Shown one piece after another: positions 1 through 7,997 of a stretch of DNA of 17,071 bases (position 1 is its first letter; every line of letters starts with the position of its first letter). Under the pieces are notes generated by a model, which made no database searches, was not told where the DNA came from, and was given only the letters and a program-made list of their open reading frames with translations. The position numbers were made by a program, and so were the translations under genes. This DNA is from Breznakia blatticola (GTDB lineage Bacteria > Bacillota_I > Bacilli_A > Erysipelotrichales > Erysipelotrichaceae): assembly GCF_004365815.1 (NCBI RefSeq), contig NZ_SODD01000049.1, positions 1-17,071 on the forward strand. Reading direction: 5' to 3'.

Positions 1-147
1 AAAAAGTCAATTTATAGTTTCCAAGATTATCTCAATGGAAATAATAAAATGACTTTTTCTTTGTTTTTCTAGTCATATCTATTTGATGTTTAACACTTTG
101 CCAATTTCCATTGCAGTTTGAGGACTATATGCATGACTGCCCGTCAC

Positions 148-179
148 ACAAAAAAATATGGCGTAATTGCCATATTTTT
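148..179 (-). terminator. Rho-independent terminator after the C-S lyase gene (hairpin usable in both directions)
   Basis: Inverted repeat AATATGGC (155-162) / GCCATATT (169-176) with a 6-nt loop. It is flanked by an A-run (150-156) and a T-run (175-179), and starts directly after the stop codon at 178-180. Confidence 0.6.
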
Positions 180-1344
180 AATACTCTTGATCAATGTTTT
201 GTAAGATTGATACAACTTTTTGAATGGTTGCTTTTGTTGTCCCTATATTGAAACGGAAGAAGACATTACCAGGTTCTCCAAACTGTAAGCCCATTTGCAT
301 ACCAAGTTTGTGAGAAATTAAAATATCACGCATTTCTTCAGTTGTTTTATGAAACTTCTCAAAGTTGATCCATAATAAATAGGTACCTTCATTTACATAA
401 GTTGTAAATTTCGTATTTGCTAATCCATCACGAACAATTTCATAGTTTTCTTTTAAATATGCATTTAATTCATCTACCCAATATGCTCCATTTTCATAGG
501 CAGCTTGCATAGCCGTTAACCCAAATACATTTACATGAGATCCACCAACTTCATCTAATTTTTGCGTAAATTGTTCTTTAGCTGTTGTTGCTGTTGGTAA
601 AAGCGCATAACTGATTTGAATTCCAGCTAAGTTAAAGATCTTAGTTGGAGCAGATAATGTATATATATGATCTGCATATGTACCTGCTACTTTTGCAATT
701 GGAGTATATGTATATCCTTCAAATACTAAATCTTTATGGATATCATCACTTATAATTGATACATTATACTTTTGACAAATAGCAATAAGTGTTTCTAGTT
801 CATCAGCTGTCCAAACACGACCACCTGGATTATGTGGATTACATAAAATAAAGACGGATGGTTGATGTTGCTTAATCTTTTCTTCGAAATCTGTAAAATC
901 CATTTCATAACGATTATTATTTGCGACTAAATCACTGAAGATAGGTACACGACCAAGTGCTTCACTGATTTTAAAGAATGGGGTGTAAATTGGTTGAAAC
1001 ATGATAATGGCATCATTAGGTTTACTTAACATCAACAATAATGCTTTAATCGATGAAAGTACATTAGTTGAAAGAACGATATCTTCCTTATTGATTTCAA
1101 AGTCATGGCGTTGTTTATTCCAACGTACAATTGAATCTAAAATTCTTTCACTTGGAAATGCATAACCAAATACACCATGACGTGCACGTTCAATTAGTGC
1201 ATCCAATACTTCTGGTGGACTTTGAAAATCCATATCAGCAACCCATAAAGGTTGTACATCTTTTGTGCCAAAAACAGCTTCACGCTTATCCCATTTGATA
1301 CTATTTGTATTTTCTCTAATTATTTCTTGATCAAAACGACTCAT
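178..1344 (-). CDS. patB: MalY/PatB-type PLP-dependent C-S lyase (cystathionine beta-lyase, class I/II aminotransferase fold)
   Basis: 388-aa ORF. The N-terminus MSRFDQEIIRENTNSIKWDK...LWVADMDF is the typical MalY/PatB start. The PLP-lysine context is SAPTKIFNLAG. SD GAGGTGA lies 6 nt upstream of the ATG. Confidence 0.85.
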   Translation of the reverse strand: MSRFDQEIIRENTNSIKWDKREAVFGTKDVQPLWVADMDFQSPPEVLDALIERARHGVFGYAFPSERILDSIVRWNKQRHDFEINKEDIVLSTNVLSSIKALLLMLSKPNDAIIMFQPIYTPFFKISEALGRVPIFSDLVANNNRYEMDFTDFEEKIKQHQPSVFILCNPHNPGGRVWTADELETLIAICQKYNVSIISDDIHKDLVFEGYTYTPIAKVAGTYADHIYTLSAPTKIFNLAGIQISYALLPTATTAKEQFTQKLDEVGGSHVNVFGLTAMQAAYENGAYWVDELNAYLKENYEIVRDGLANTKFTTYVNEGTYLLWINFEKFHKTTEEMRDILISHKLGMQMGLQFGEPGNVFFRFNIGTTKATIQKVVSILQNIDQEY

Positions 1345-1364
1345 ACTTAATCACCTCATTTTCA

Positions 1365-1393
1365 ATTGTAGTATGAAAAGAAGATAAAGTAAA
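1365..1393 (-). promoter_or_regulatory. Candidate sigma-A promoter of the C-S lyase gene
   Basis: On the - strand: TTTACT (1393-1388), 17-nt spacer, TACAAT (1370-1365), about 20 nt upstream of the SD/ATG. Confidence 0.5.
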
Positions 1394-1400
1394 ATTATGT

Positions 1401-1416
1401 ACCTGTACGTTTAGGT
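1401..1416. promoter_or_regulatory. Degenerate copy of the tre operator in the patB/treR divergent intergenic region
   Basis: ACCTGTACGTTTAGGT matches 13 of 16 positions of the exact operator ACCTGTACGGACAGGT found twice at the treP promoter. It retains the outer ACCTGT...AGGT arms. Confidence 0.5.
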
Positions 1417-1452
1417 GTTTATTTATGAATTGTTTTCCGATACAATATAGGT

Positions 1453-2160
1453 ATGACAAAATATCAAAGAATCTATCAAGAACTGTTAGATAAAATTAAA
1501 ACAAAAGAATATAAAACGGGCGATTATTTACCAAGTGAAAACGAATTGATGAAAACATATGGTTCATCACGTGATACGATCCGTAAAGCTTTGCAACTGC
1601 TCTTACAAAATGGATACATTCAAAAAGTAGTTGGTAAAGGATCGGTTGTTCTTGATAGTGAAAGAATTGCTTTTCCGGTTTCTGGAATTTCAAGTTTTAA
1701 AGAATTAAAAGAATCAATGGATGGAACAATTGAAACAATTGTTGAAGAATTTACGGTTGTACCAGCTGATGATAAATTAAAAGATGAGCTGCATATGGAT
1801 GATGGTAATGTATATATTATTGAGCGTGTGCGTTCAATCAATGGTGAAAAAATCATCTTAGATAAAGATTATTTAAATGGAAATATTATCCAAGGACTGA
1901 CAAAACAACATGCACAAGATTCTATTTATGAATATATTGAAAATGAACTGAACTTAAACATCAGTTTTTCACGCAAGGAAATTACGGTCATTCCAGCCAC
2001 AAAACATGATAAAGAAGTACTTGATATGTTGGATTATGATCTACTTGTTTGTGTAAAAAGTTATTCGTATTTGGAAGATGCAACATTATTTGAATATACG
2101 ATTTCAAAACATCGACCGGATAAATTTAGATTTGTTGATTTTGCTAGAAGAAGCCAGTAA
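1453..2160 (+). CDS. treR: GntR/HutC-family transcriptional repressor, trehalose operon repressor TreR
   Basis: 235 aa. N-terminal GntR winged helix (PSENELMKTYGSSRDTIRKALQLLLQNGYIQKVVGKGSVV) plus a UTRA-type C-terminal effector domain, the same architecture as B. subtilis TreR. It shares a locus with treP/treC and palindromic operators. Confidence 0.85.
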   Translation: MTKYQRIYQELLDKIKTKEYKTGDYLPSENELMKTYGSSRDTIRKALQLLLQNGYIQKVVGKGSVVLDSERIAFPVSGISSFKELKESMDGTIETIVEEFTVVPADDKLKDELHMDDGNVYIIERVRSINGEKIILDKDYLNGNIIQGLTKQHAQDSIYEYIENELNLNISFSRKEITVIPATKHDKEVLDMLDYDLLVCVKSYSYLEDATLFEYTISKHRPDKFRFVDFARRSQ

Positions 2161-2187
2161 ACTACTCTTTTTGGGTAGTTTTCTTTT
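2159..2187 (+). terminator. Rho-independent terminator after treR
   Basis: Stem AAACTACTC (2159-2167) / GGGTAGTTT (2173-2181) including one G-U pair, loop TTTTT, followed by the T-rich tail TCTTTT. Confidence 0.55.
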
Positions 2188-2205
2188 ATGTAAAATGAAA
2201 ACGTG

Positions 2206-2234
2206 TTGATTCTATAGTAGCTAGCAGCTATAGT
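2206..2234 (+). promoter_or_regulatory. Sigma-A promoter of the HAD gene pair with an embedded palindrome
   Basis: TTGATT (2206-2211), 17 nt, TATAGT (2229-2234). The spacer plus the -10 form the near-palindrome CTATAG-TA-GCTAGC-AG-CTATAG (2212-2233), which differs from the tre operator. Confidence 0.6.
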
Positions 2235-2265
2235 AAAACTATATACTTTCGTGTAAAGGCAAAGG

Positions 2266-3096
2266 ATGGAAAAGAAAATGAAGAATAACCCAAATAATAT
2301 TAAATTGGTGGCAGTGGATGTAGATGGTACATTTGTTCGTACGGATTATACGTATGATAAACCAAGATTTCTTGCCATTATGGAGCGTATGAAAAAAGCA
2401 GGATGTGAATTTGTTGTTGCTAGTGGTAACCAATACTATCAACTACGTTCTCTATTTCCTGAATTTAAAGATACGATTAGCTATATTGCTGAAAATGGAG
2501 CACTTGTAAAAGCAAAAGATACAATCCTATTTACGACAGATATTCCTAAAGATGTAATTCATAAGACACTAGAAATTTGTAATCAATATCCAGAAATAAA
2601 AAATACAATGTGTGGACTTGAAAGTGCATATTGTGAAAGAGGAAAAGTAAGTGAGAAATTCTTTAAACTAACCAATCATTACTATCACAAACTACAATGG
2701 GTAGATGACTTTGCTGATGTAAATGATACGATTTTAAAATTTGCACCAATGGTACCCGTAGAAAAAACAGATAAGTATATGAAAATATTTGAAGAACAAC
2801 TTGATGGAGGATTAGTTCCAACATCGAGTGGTCATGGATCCATTGATTTAATCGTTCCAAATTGTCATAAAGCTTCGGGTATTGAACGACTCGCAAAACT
2901 ATGGAACATTACACCTGAACAGTGTGTTTCCTTTGGTGATGGTGGAAATGATATAGAAATGTTAATGTACTGTGGTCGTAGTTATGCTATGGATAATGCA
3001 CCTGATCATGTAAAAGCATGCGCAAAAAATGTATGTCCTTCAAATAATGAAGATGGTGTACTAGTAATATTAGATCAACTATTTCCAGTTGAATAA
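2266..3096 (+). CDS. Cof-type HAD-IIB sugar-phosphate phosphatase
   Basis: 276 aa. HAD motif I is VAVDVDGTF, motif IV is FGDGGNDIEM, and a cap domain sits between them. The alternative start ATG 2278 (MKNNPN...) is possible because the SD spacing for 2266 is very short. Confidence 0.8.
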   Translation: MEKKMKNNPNNIKLVAVDVDGTFVRTDYTYDKPRFLAIMERMKKAGCEFVVASGNQYYQLRSLFPEFKDTISYIAENGALVKAKDTILFTTDIPKDVIHKTLEICNQYPEIKNTMCGLESAYCERGKVSEKFFKLTNHYYHKLQWVDDFADVNDTILKFAPMVPVEKTDKYMKIFEEQLDGGLVPTSSGHGSIDLIVPNCHKASGIERLAKLWNITPEQCVSFGDGGNDIEMLMYCGRSYAMDNAPDHVKACAKNVCPSNNEDGVLVILDQLFPVE

Positions 3097-3111
3097 GAAT
3101 GAGAAAAGACA

Positions 3112-3900
3112 ATGAAAGATATAAAAATAATATTCTTTGATATTGATGGTACGTTAATTGATATGCAAAGAAAGCAAATTTCAGAACATATGTTGTATAC
3201 ATTACGTAAATTAAAAGAAAATGGAATTGTAATTTGCATTGCAACAGGAAGAAGTCCAATTTCTTTACCACACTTTGAAGGTATTGATTTTGATGCATAT
3301 TTAACGTTTAATGGTTCGTATTGTTATAACGAAAAGGAAACGATATTTAAAAACCCAATCGATCCAAATGATGTAAAGGTTATCGTCGATAATGCAAAAA
3401 ATATTGCAAGACCTGTTTCTGTTTCGACGATTCAAAAAAACATTGCAAATGGAAAAGATGATGATTTAGTTGAGTACTTTTCTTTTGCTCACCAAGAAGT
3501 GTATGTATCAACTAATTTTGATGAAGAAATTCATAATGAAGATGTATATCAGTTGATGGTATCTGCTACACCAAAAGAGTATGATGTGCTTATGAAGCAT
3601 ACAAATCATACAAAAATTACTGCATGGTGGAATCGTGCAGTTGATATTATTCCAGCAAATGGTGGTAAAGGAAAAGGAATCGAAGAAATACTAGCTTATT
3701 ATGGATTTGATGCATCCCAAGCGATGGCTTTTGGTGATGGAAACAATGATATTGAGATGCTACAAACCGTTGGTTGGGGACTTGCCATGGAAAATGCATC
3801 TGATGATCTAAAAGAGATTGCAAATGAAATCATCGGACATGTTTCTAAGGAAGGAATTTATCACTACTGTGTGAAACAGGGATTCATTGAAGCAAAATAA
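3112..3900 (+). CDS. Cof-type HAD-IIB sugar-phosphate phosphatase (second paralogue-like copy)
   Basis: 262 aa. Motif I is IFFDIDGTL, with ATGRS, and motif IV is FGDGNNDIEM. It lies 15 nt downstream of the previous HAD gene. Confidence 0.8.
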   Translation: MKDIKIIFFDIDGTLIDMQRKQISEHMLYTLRKLKENGIVICIATGRSPISLPHFEGIDFDAYLTFNGSYCYNEKETIFKNPIDPNDVKVIVDNAKNIARPVSVSTIQKNIANGKDDDLVEYFSFAHQEVYVSTNFDEEIHNEDVYQLMVSATPKEYDVLMKHTNHTKITAWWNRAVDIIPANGGKGKGIEEILAYYGFDASQAMAFGDGNNDIEMLQTVGWGLAMENASDDLKEIANEIIGHVSKEGIYHYCVKQGFIEAK

Positions 3901-3907
3901 ATAAAAT

Positions 3908-3967
3908 AACTAGCATTAACTATGTGTTACACGATACAAAGTGATACATAATATGCTAGTTTTTTTA
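3908..3967 (+). terminator. Terminator-like long hairpin after the HAD pair
   Basis: 9-bp stem AACTAGCAT (3908-3916) / ATGCTAGTT (3953-3961) followed by a T7 run (3960-3966). The loop is large (36 nt) and contains small internal repeats. Confidence 0.5.
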
Positions 3968-3995
3968 TATACAACAAAAAAAGTTTCAATTCATA

Positions 3996-4024
3996 TTGAC
4001 ATACCTGTACGGACAGGTTATAGT
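3996..4024 (+). promoter_or_regulatory. Near-consensus sigma-A promoter of treP-treC
   Basis: TTGACA (3996-4001), exactly 17 nt, TATAGT (4019-4024). An A-rich tract lies upstream (3975-3983). Confidence 0.8.
4003..4018. promoter_or_regulatory. tre operator O1 (candidate TreR binding site) filling the promoter spacer
   Basis: ACCTGTACGGACAGGT has inverted arms ACCTGT/ACAGGT. It lies entirely between the -35 and -10 hexamers. Confidence 0.7.
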
Positions 4025-4038
4025 GAAGATAGAAATAA

Positions 4039-4054
4039 ACCTGTACGGACAGGT
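4039..4054. promoter_or_regulatory. tre operator O2 (exact repeat of O1) in the treP leader
   Basis: Identical 16-mer ACCTGTACGGACAGGT, 36 bp downstream of O1. It sits between the predicted TSS and the SD (GAAAGGA) of treP. Confidence 0.7.
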
Positions 4055-4072
4055 TGAAAGGATGAGAATAAT

Positions 4073-5527
4073 ATGAAAGATTTTACAAAGGATGCAACTT
4101 CTTTATTAGCGTATGTTGGTGGAAAAGAAAACATCAAAGCAGTTAGTCACTGTATTACAAGAATGCGTTTTGTTTTAGTTGATGAAAGTAAAGCCGATAT
4201 TAAGAGAATTGAAGCATTGCCATCAGCAAAGGGAACATTTACCCAATCAGGACAATTCCAAGTCATTATTGGAAATGATGTAGCAGACTTCTATAAAAGT
4301 TTTGTTGAAGTAAGTGGTATTGAGGGTGTAGATAAAAATGCCGCTAAAGAAGCTGCAAAAGACAATCAAAGTCCAATTCAAAAATTCATGAGCAATATCG
4401 CCGAAATATTTGCTCCATTAATTCCAGCACTTGTATGTGGTGGTTTGATCTTAGGATTTAGAAATGTAATTGGTGATATTCAATTTGGTGGACAAACCAT
4501 TGTCGAAGGAAGTCAATTTTGGGCTGGTGTACATAGTTTTCTTTGGTTAATTGGAGAAGCGATTTTCCACTTCTTACCAGTAGGGATTACATGGTCAATC
4601 ACAAAGAAAATGGGAACTACGCAAATTCTAGGAATTGTTTTAGGAATTTGTTTAGTATCTCCTCAATTATTAAATGCATATGCAGTAAGTGGAGCTACCG
4701 ATATTCCATTCTGGGATTTTGGTTTTGCCAAAATTGATATGATTGGATATCAAGCACAAGTTATACCAGCAATACTAGCCGGATTTACTTTAGTCTACTT
4801 AGAAAGATTCTGGAAAAAAGTGATTCCAAGTGTTGTACAACTTGTAGTTGTTCCATTCTTAGCACTTGTTCCTGCAGTATTAATTGCACACGTAGTATTA
4901 GGTCCAATTGGATGGGCAATGGGTGATGCAATTTCGAATGTTGTATATACAGGGTTAACATCTCAATTTGGTTGGTTATTTGCTGGAGTCTTTGGCTTCT
5001 TGTATGCACCACTAGTTATTACTGGATTACACCACATGACAAATGCAATTGACTTACAGTTAATGGATAAATATAGTGGAACGATTTTATGGCCAATGAT
5101 TGCCCTATCAAATATTGCTCAAGGGTCTGCAGTACTTGCAATGGTTTTCTTACAACGCAAAAACGATGCAGCAAAACAAATTGCAATTCCATCAATGATT
5201 TCTTGTTACTTAGGAGTTACTGAACCAGCAATGTTTGGGGTAAACATTAAACATGGATTCCCATTCATTTCAGCAATGATTGGTTCAAGTATTGCAGCTA
5301 TGTTATCTGTAGCAACAGGAGTTATGGCAAACTCAATTGGAGTTGGAGGAATCCCAGGATTCTTAGCAATTCAAGTACAACACTGGCCAATGTTCTTTGT
5401 TTGCATGGCAGTCGCAATTGTAGTTCCATTTGGACTAACATATGTGATTGGACTTAAAAAATTGCCAGAAAGCGATCGCGTAAATCACGAAGAAGTAAAC
5501 TTAGATGAAATAGCAGAATTGGCATAA
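4073..5527 (+). CDS. treP: PTS trehalose-specific EIIBC component
   Basis: 484 aa. N-terminal EIIB domain with the phospho-cysteine motif AVSHCITRMRF, followed by a multi-TM EIIC of the glucose/sucrose superfamily. There is no EIIA domain. It is followed by phosphotrehalase after 14 nt. Confidence 0.85.
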   Translation: MKDFTKDATSLLAYVGGKENIKAVSHCITRMRFVLVDESKADIKRIEALPSAKGTFTQSGQFQVIIGNDVADFYKSFVEVSGIEGVDKNAAKEAAKDNQSPIQKFMSNIAEIFAPLIPALVCGGLILGFRNVIGDIQFGGQTIVEGSQFWAGVHSFLWLIGEAIFHFLPVGITWSITKKMGTTQILGIVLGICLVSPQLLNAYAVSGATDIPFWDFGFAKIDMIGYQAQVIPAILAGFTLVYLERFWKKVIPSVVQLVVVPFLALVPAVLIAHVVLGPIGWAMGDAISNVVYTGLTSQFGWLFAGVFGFLYAPLVITGLHHMTNAIDLQLMDKYSGTILWPMIALSNIAQGSAVLAMVFLQRKNDAAKQIAIPSMISCYLGVTEPAMFGVNIKHGFPFISAMIGSSIAAMLSVATGVMANSIGVGGIPGFLAIQVQHWPMFFVCMAVAIVVPFGLTYVIGLKKLPESDRVNHEEVNLDEIAELA

Positions 5528-5541
5528 AGATAGGAGGTTCT

Positions 5542-7194
5542 ATGCATAACTATGGGAATAAAGTCATTTATCAAATCTATCCTAAATCATATAAAGATAG
5601 TAATGGTGATGGAATTGGTGACTTTCAGGGAATTATCGAAAAACTAGACTATCTTGAACAATTAGGAATTGACTATATTTGGTTAAATGCATGTTTTGTA
5701 TCGCCACAAAACGACAATGGTTATGATGTACAAGATTATTACAATATTGATCCTGTATATGGAAGTATGGAAGATTTTGATGCATTAGTAAAAGAAGCAA
5801 AAGCGCATCACATTGAAATTATGTTGGATATGGTATTTAATCATACCTCAACCGCACATGAATGGTTTCAAAAGGCATTGCAGGGTGACAAGAAATATAA
5901 AGATTATTATATTTGGCGAAAAGGTAAGGAAGATGGTACACCACCAACCAATTGGGTGAGTAAGTTTGGTGGAAATACCTGGGAATATGTAGAACGTTAT
6001 GATGCATATTACTTACACTTATATGATGTAAGTCAAGCAGACTTAAACTGGGATAATCCAGAAGTACGTGATGAGATGGCAAAGATTGTCAATTTTTGGA
6101 TGGATAAAGGAGTTAGTGGATTTCGCTTTGATGTTGTCAACTTGATTTCTAAACCAGAAGTACTCGAAGATGATTATCAAGGAGATGGACGCCGTTTCTA
6201 TACAGATGGTCCACATGTACATGAGTATTTACGTCAACTGAACAATGCATCTTTTGGAAAAATCGATGCACTTACGGTAGGTGAAATGTCATCAACGTCA
6301 CTAGAAAACTGTGTAAAGTATGCAGGAGAAAATCGTCAAGAATTAAGCAGTGTCTTTAACTTTCACCATTTGAAGGTCGATTATAAAAACAAAAACAAAT
6401 GGGATATTCAAGAATTTGATTTCCAAGAGTTAAAAGATTTACTTGTTACATGGCAAGTAGGAATGCAAGAGTATGATGCATGGAATGCTTTATTCTGGTG
6501 CAATCATGATCAACCTCGTGTGGTATCACGTTTTGGAAATGATCGTACTTATCCAAAAGAAAGTGCCAAGATGTTAGCAACCGCAATACATATGTTGCGT
6601 GGAATTCCTTACATTTATCAAGGTGAAGAAATTGGAATGACTAATGCGTACTTTACCGATATTAAAGAATACCGTGATGTTGAATCATTAAACTACTACA
6701 AGATTCTTAAACAAACAGGAATGAGTGAAGCAAAGATTATGAAAATATTGCAAGAGCGTTCACGTGATAATGCAAGAACGCCAATGCAATGGGATGATTC
6801 GATACATGCTGGATTTAGTGAAGCTACTCCTTGGATTCAAGAAATAAAGAATTATAAAGAGATCAATGTCAAACACGCATTAGCTGACAAAGATTCCGTA
6901 TTTTATCACTATAAAAAGTTGATTGAATTACGAAAAACATATCCAGTGATTCAACAAGGAAGCTTTGAAGTCATTGCTAAAGATCATCCAGAACTATTTG
7001 TATATAAACGAATTCTTGGTGATACAGAAGTACTAGTTATTAATAATTTCTATGGTAAACAAGTCGATTATAAAATCGAACAAGCACGAAACTATGAACT
7101 ACTATTATCAAATTATGGAGAACGTCCATATACAGATAATATGCAATTACAACCATATGAATCGCTTATTTATATTACAAAACCCCAAGACTAA
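5542..7194 (+). CDS. treC: GH13 alpha,alpha-phosphotrehalase (trehalose-6-phosphate hydrolase)
   Basis: 550 aa. N-terminus VIYQIYPKSYKDSNGDGIGDFQGIIEKLDYLEQLGIDYIWLN. GH13 catalytic signatures are GFRFDVVN, VGEM and NHDQPR. SD AGGAGG. Substrate assignment comes from the treR/treP context; an oligo-1,6-glucosidase cannot be excluded from sequence alone. Confidence 0.8.
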   Translation: MHNYGNKVIYQIYPKSYKDSNGDGIGDFQGIIEKLDYLEQLGIDYIWLNACFVSPQNDNGYDVQDYYNIDPVYGSMEDFDALVKEAKAHHIEIMLDMVFNHTSTAHEWFQKALQGDKKYKDYYIWRKGKEDGTPPTNWVSKFGGNTWEYVERYDAYYLHLYDVSQADLNWDNPEVRDEMAKIVNFWMDKGVSGFRFDVVNLISKPEVLEDDYQGDGRRFYTDGPHVHEYLRQLNNASFGKIDALTVGEMSSTSLENCVKYAGENRQELSSVFNFHHLKVDYKNKNKWDIQEFDFQELKDLLVTWQVGMQEYDAWNALFWCNHDQPRVVSRFGNDRTYPKESAKMLATAIHMLRGIPYIYQGEEIGMTNAYFTDIKEYRDVESLNYYKILKQTGMSEAKIMKILQERSRDNARTPMQWDDSIHAGFSEATPWIQEIKNYKEINVKHALADKDSVFYHYKKLIELRKTYPVIQQGSFEVIAKDHPELFVYKRILGDTEVLVINNFYGKQVDYKIEQARNYELLLSNYGERPYTDNMQLQPYESLIYITKPQD

Positions 7195-7210
7195 CATCTT
7201 GGGGTTTACT
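7179..7210. terminator. Strong hairpin terminator between convergent treC and the DUF3783-like gene
   Basis: 11-bp perfect stem AAACCCCAAGA (7180-7190) / TCTTGGGGTTT (7197-7207). The treC stop codon (7192-7194) sits in the loop, and a T-rich tail follows. Confidence 0.7.
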
Positions 7211-7213
7211 TTC

Positions 7214-7771
7214 TTATAGTGCTTCGTTTCCGCTAAAGTAAGGTAATAATGAAGCAATGGCTTGATCAATCTCATCAGCTGAACTTTGTTTCTTTAATAC
7301 ATCATATGCTTCAACAACCGCTTTTTGAAAAACAGGACGAACATCTTCAGGAACGGTATCTGGTTTTACTTTCATAGCTAGTTGTAATAACATATTCAAT
7401 CGATTCCGTTTCAGAAAGTAATGATGTTCTTCATCGAGTTCTACGAATAAATCAATTGCTTTCCATTTTTGATTGTGTTCAGTTAACATCGCTTTTCGAT
7501 CAATCATCACATCATGTTCTTTTAATATTTTAGCAACCTCAGAAATAATTGAAGGATCTACAACTGAGAAAACAATAACTTCGTGTGCAAAAGGCTCAAT
7601 GTTTTCTTTTGGATTTGCTTCATATCCTTCATAACCAAATAGATAACCTACAGTTTCATGTAAGTTCTCAGGATCTAAGACCAAAATATCAAAGTCTTCT
7701 TTTAAAGCATCAATGATTTTAGCTTCTTTCTCACGATTTTTATTTGTATATAATAAAATGGTACCTAACAT
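7214..7771 (-). CDS. DUF3783-like protein with a C-terminal helical extension (function unknown)
   Basis: 185 aa. The pattern ILLY...IIDALK...VGYLFGYEG...EVIVFSVV...IDRKAMLTEHNQKWKAIDLFVELDEEH resembles, from memory, the DUF3783 family of Firmicutes. SD AAGAGGA. Confidence 0.5.
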   Translation of the reverse strand: MLGTILLYTNKNREKEAKIIDALKEDFDILVLDPENLHETVGYLFGYEGYEANPKENIEPFAHEVIVFSVVDPSIISEVAKILKEHDVMIDRKAMLTEHNQKWKAIDLFVELDEEHHYFLKRNRLNMLLQLAMKVKPDTVPEDVRPVFQKAVVEAYDVLKKQSSADEIDQAIASLLPYFSGNEAL

Positions 7772-7842
7772 AACAATTCCTCTTCTTTTCTTACCATTCT
7801 AATATAGCACAAATTCATACAAACAACCTATGAATATAATCC

Positions 7843-7871
7843 TTTACAGGATGACATATTGTTGATACAAT
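7843..7871 (+). promoter_or_regulatory. Sigma-A promoter (extended -10) of the riboswitch-ATPase transcript
   Basis: TTTACA (7843-7848), 17 nt, TG-n-TACAAT (7863-7871). The predicted TSS is about 7878, just before the riboswitch P1. Confidence 0.65.
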
Positions 7872-7879
7872 AGCAAAGT

Positions 7880-7967
7880 AATAAGGGAGTAGTCGCACAA
7901 ATCTGTGTGATTTAGTCAACATCACGAAACGAAAGTTTCTGGCTGAATTTTAAAGACAAGACTTATT
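7880..7967 (+). promoter_or_regulatory. yybP-ykoY (Mn2+) riboswitch aptamer
   Basis: P1 is AAUAAG (7880-7885) pairing with CUUAUU (7962-7967). Conserved cores are GGGAGUAG (7885-7892), GUCAACAU (7915-7922) and ACAAGAC (7956-7962). Hairpins are UCGCACA-AAUC-UGUGUGA (7893-7910) and GAAAC-GAAA-GUUUC (7926-7939). This layout parallels the published L. lactis yybP-ykoY element (AAAGGGGAGUAGC...UUGACAUACGAAAGUAUGU...AGCAAGACCUUUCC). Confidence 0.8.
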
Positions 7968-7997
7968 GAAAGTTGTTTTCAATGAGTCTTTTTTATT
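7959..7997 (+). terminator. Riboswitch expression platform: intrinsic terminator competing with P1
   Basis: Stem AGACTTATTGAAA (7959-7971) / TTTCAATGAGTCT (7977-7989) with one G-U pair, loop GTTGT, then a T-run (7989-7995). The 5' arm contains the P1 3' strand, so P1 formation excludes the terminator (ON-switch logic). Confidence 0.75.

Noticed and set aside
47-92. ATGACT...AGTCAT inverted repeat near the left edge as a terminator or small gene
   Set aside because: The stem is only 6 bp with a ~19-nt loop in AT-rich DNA, there is no adjacent ORF within the window, and support is insufficient.
4003-4054. A CcpA cre site within the tre operators (TGTACGGACA)
   Set aside because: It does not fit the 14-bp cre consensus (TGWAANCGNTNWCA) in length or at key positions. 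The palindrome is better explained as the TreR operator.
1496-6082. Short overlapping ORFs 1496-1693, 1620-1856, 2239-2442, 2663-2896, 2987-3298, 4543-4737, 4785-5012 and 5837-6082
   Set aside because: All overlap well-supported genes (treR, the HAD pair, treP, treC) in other frames or on the other strand. Their peptides show no recognisable motifs. I treat them as shadow ORFs of AT-rich coding DNA.
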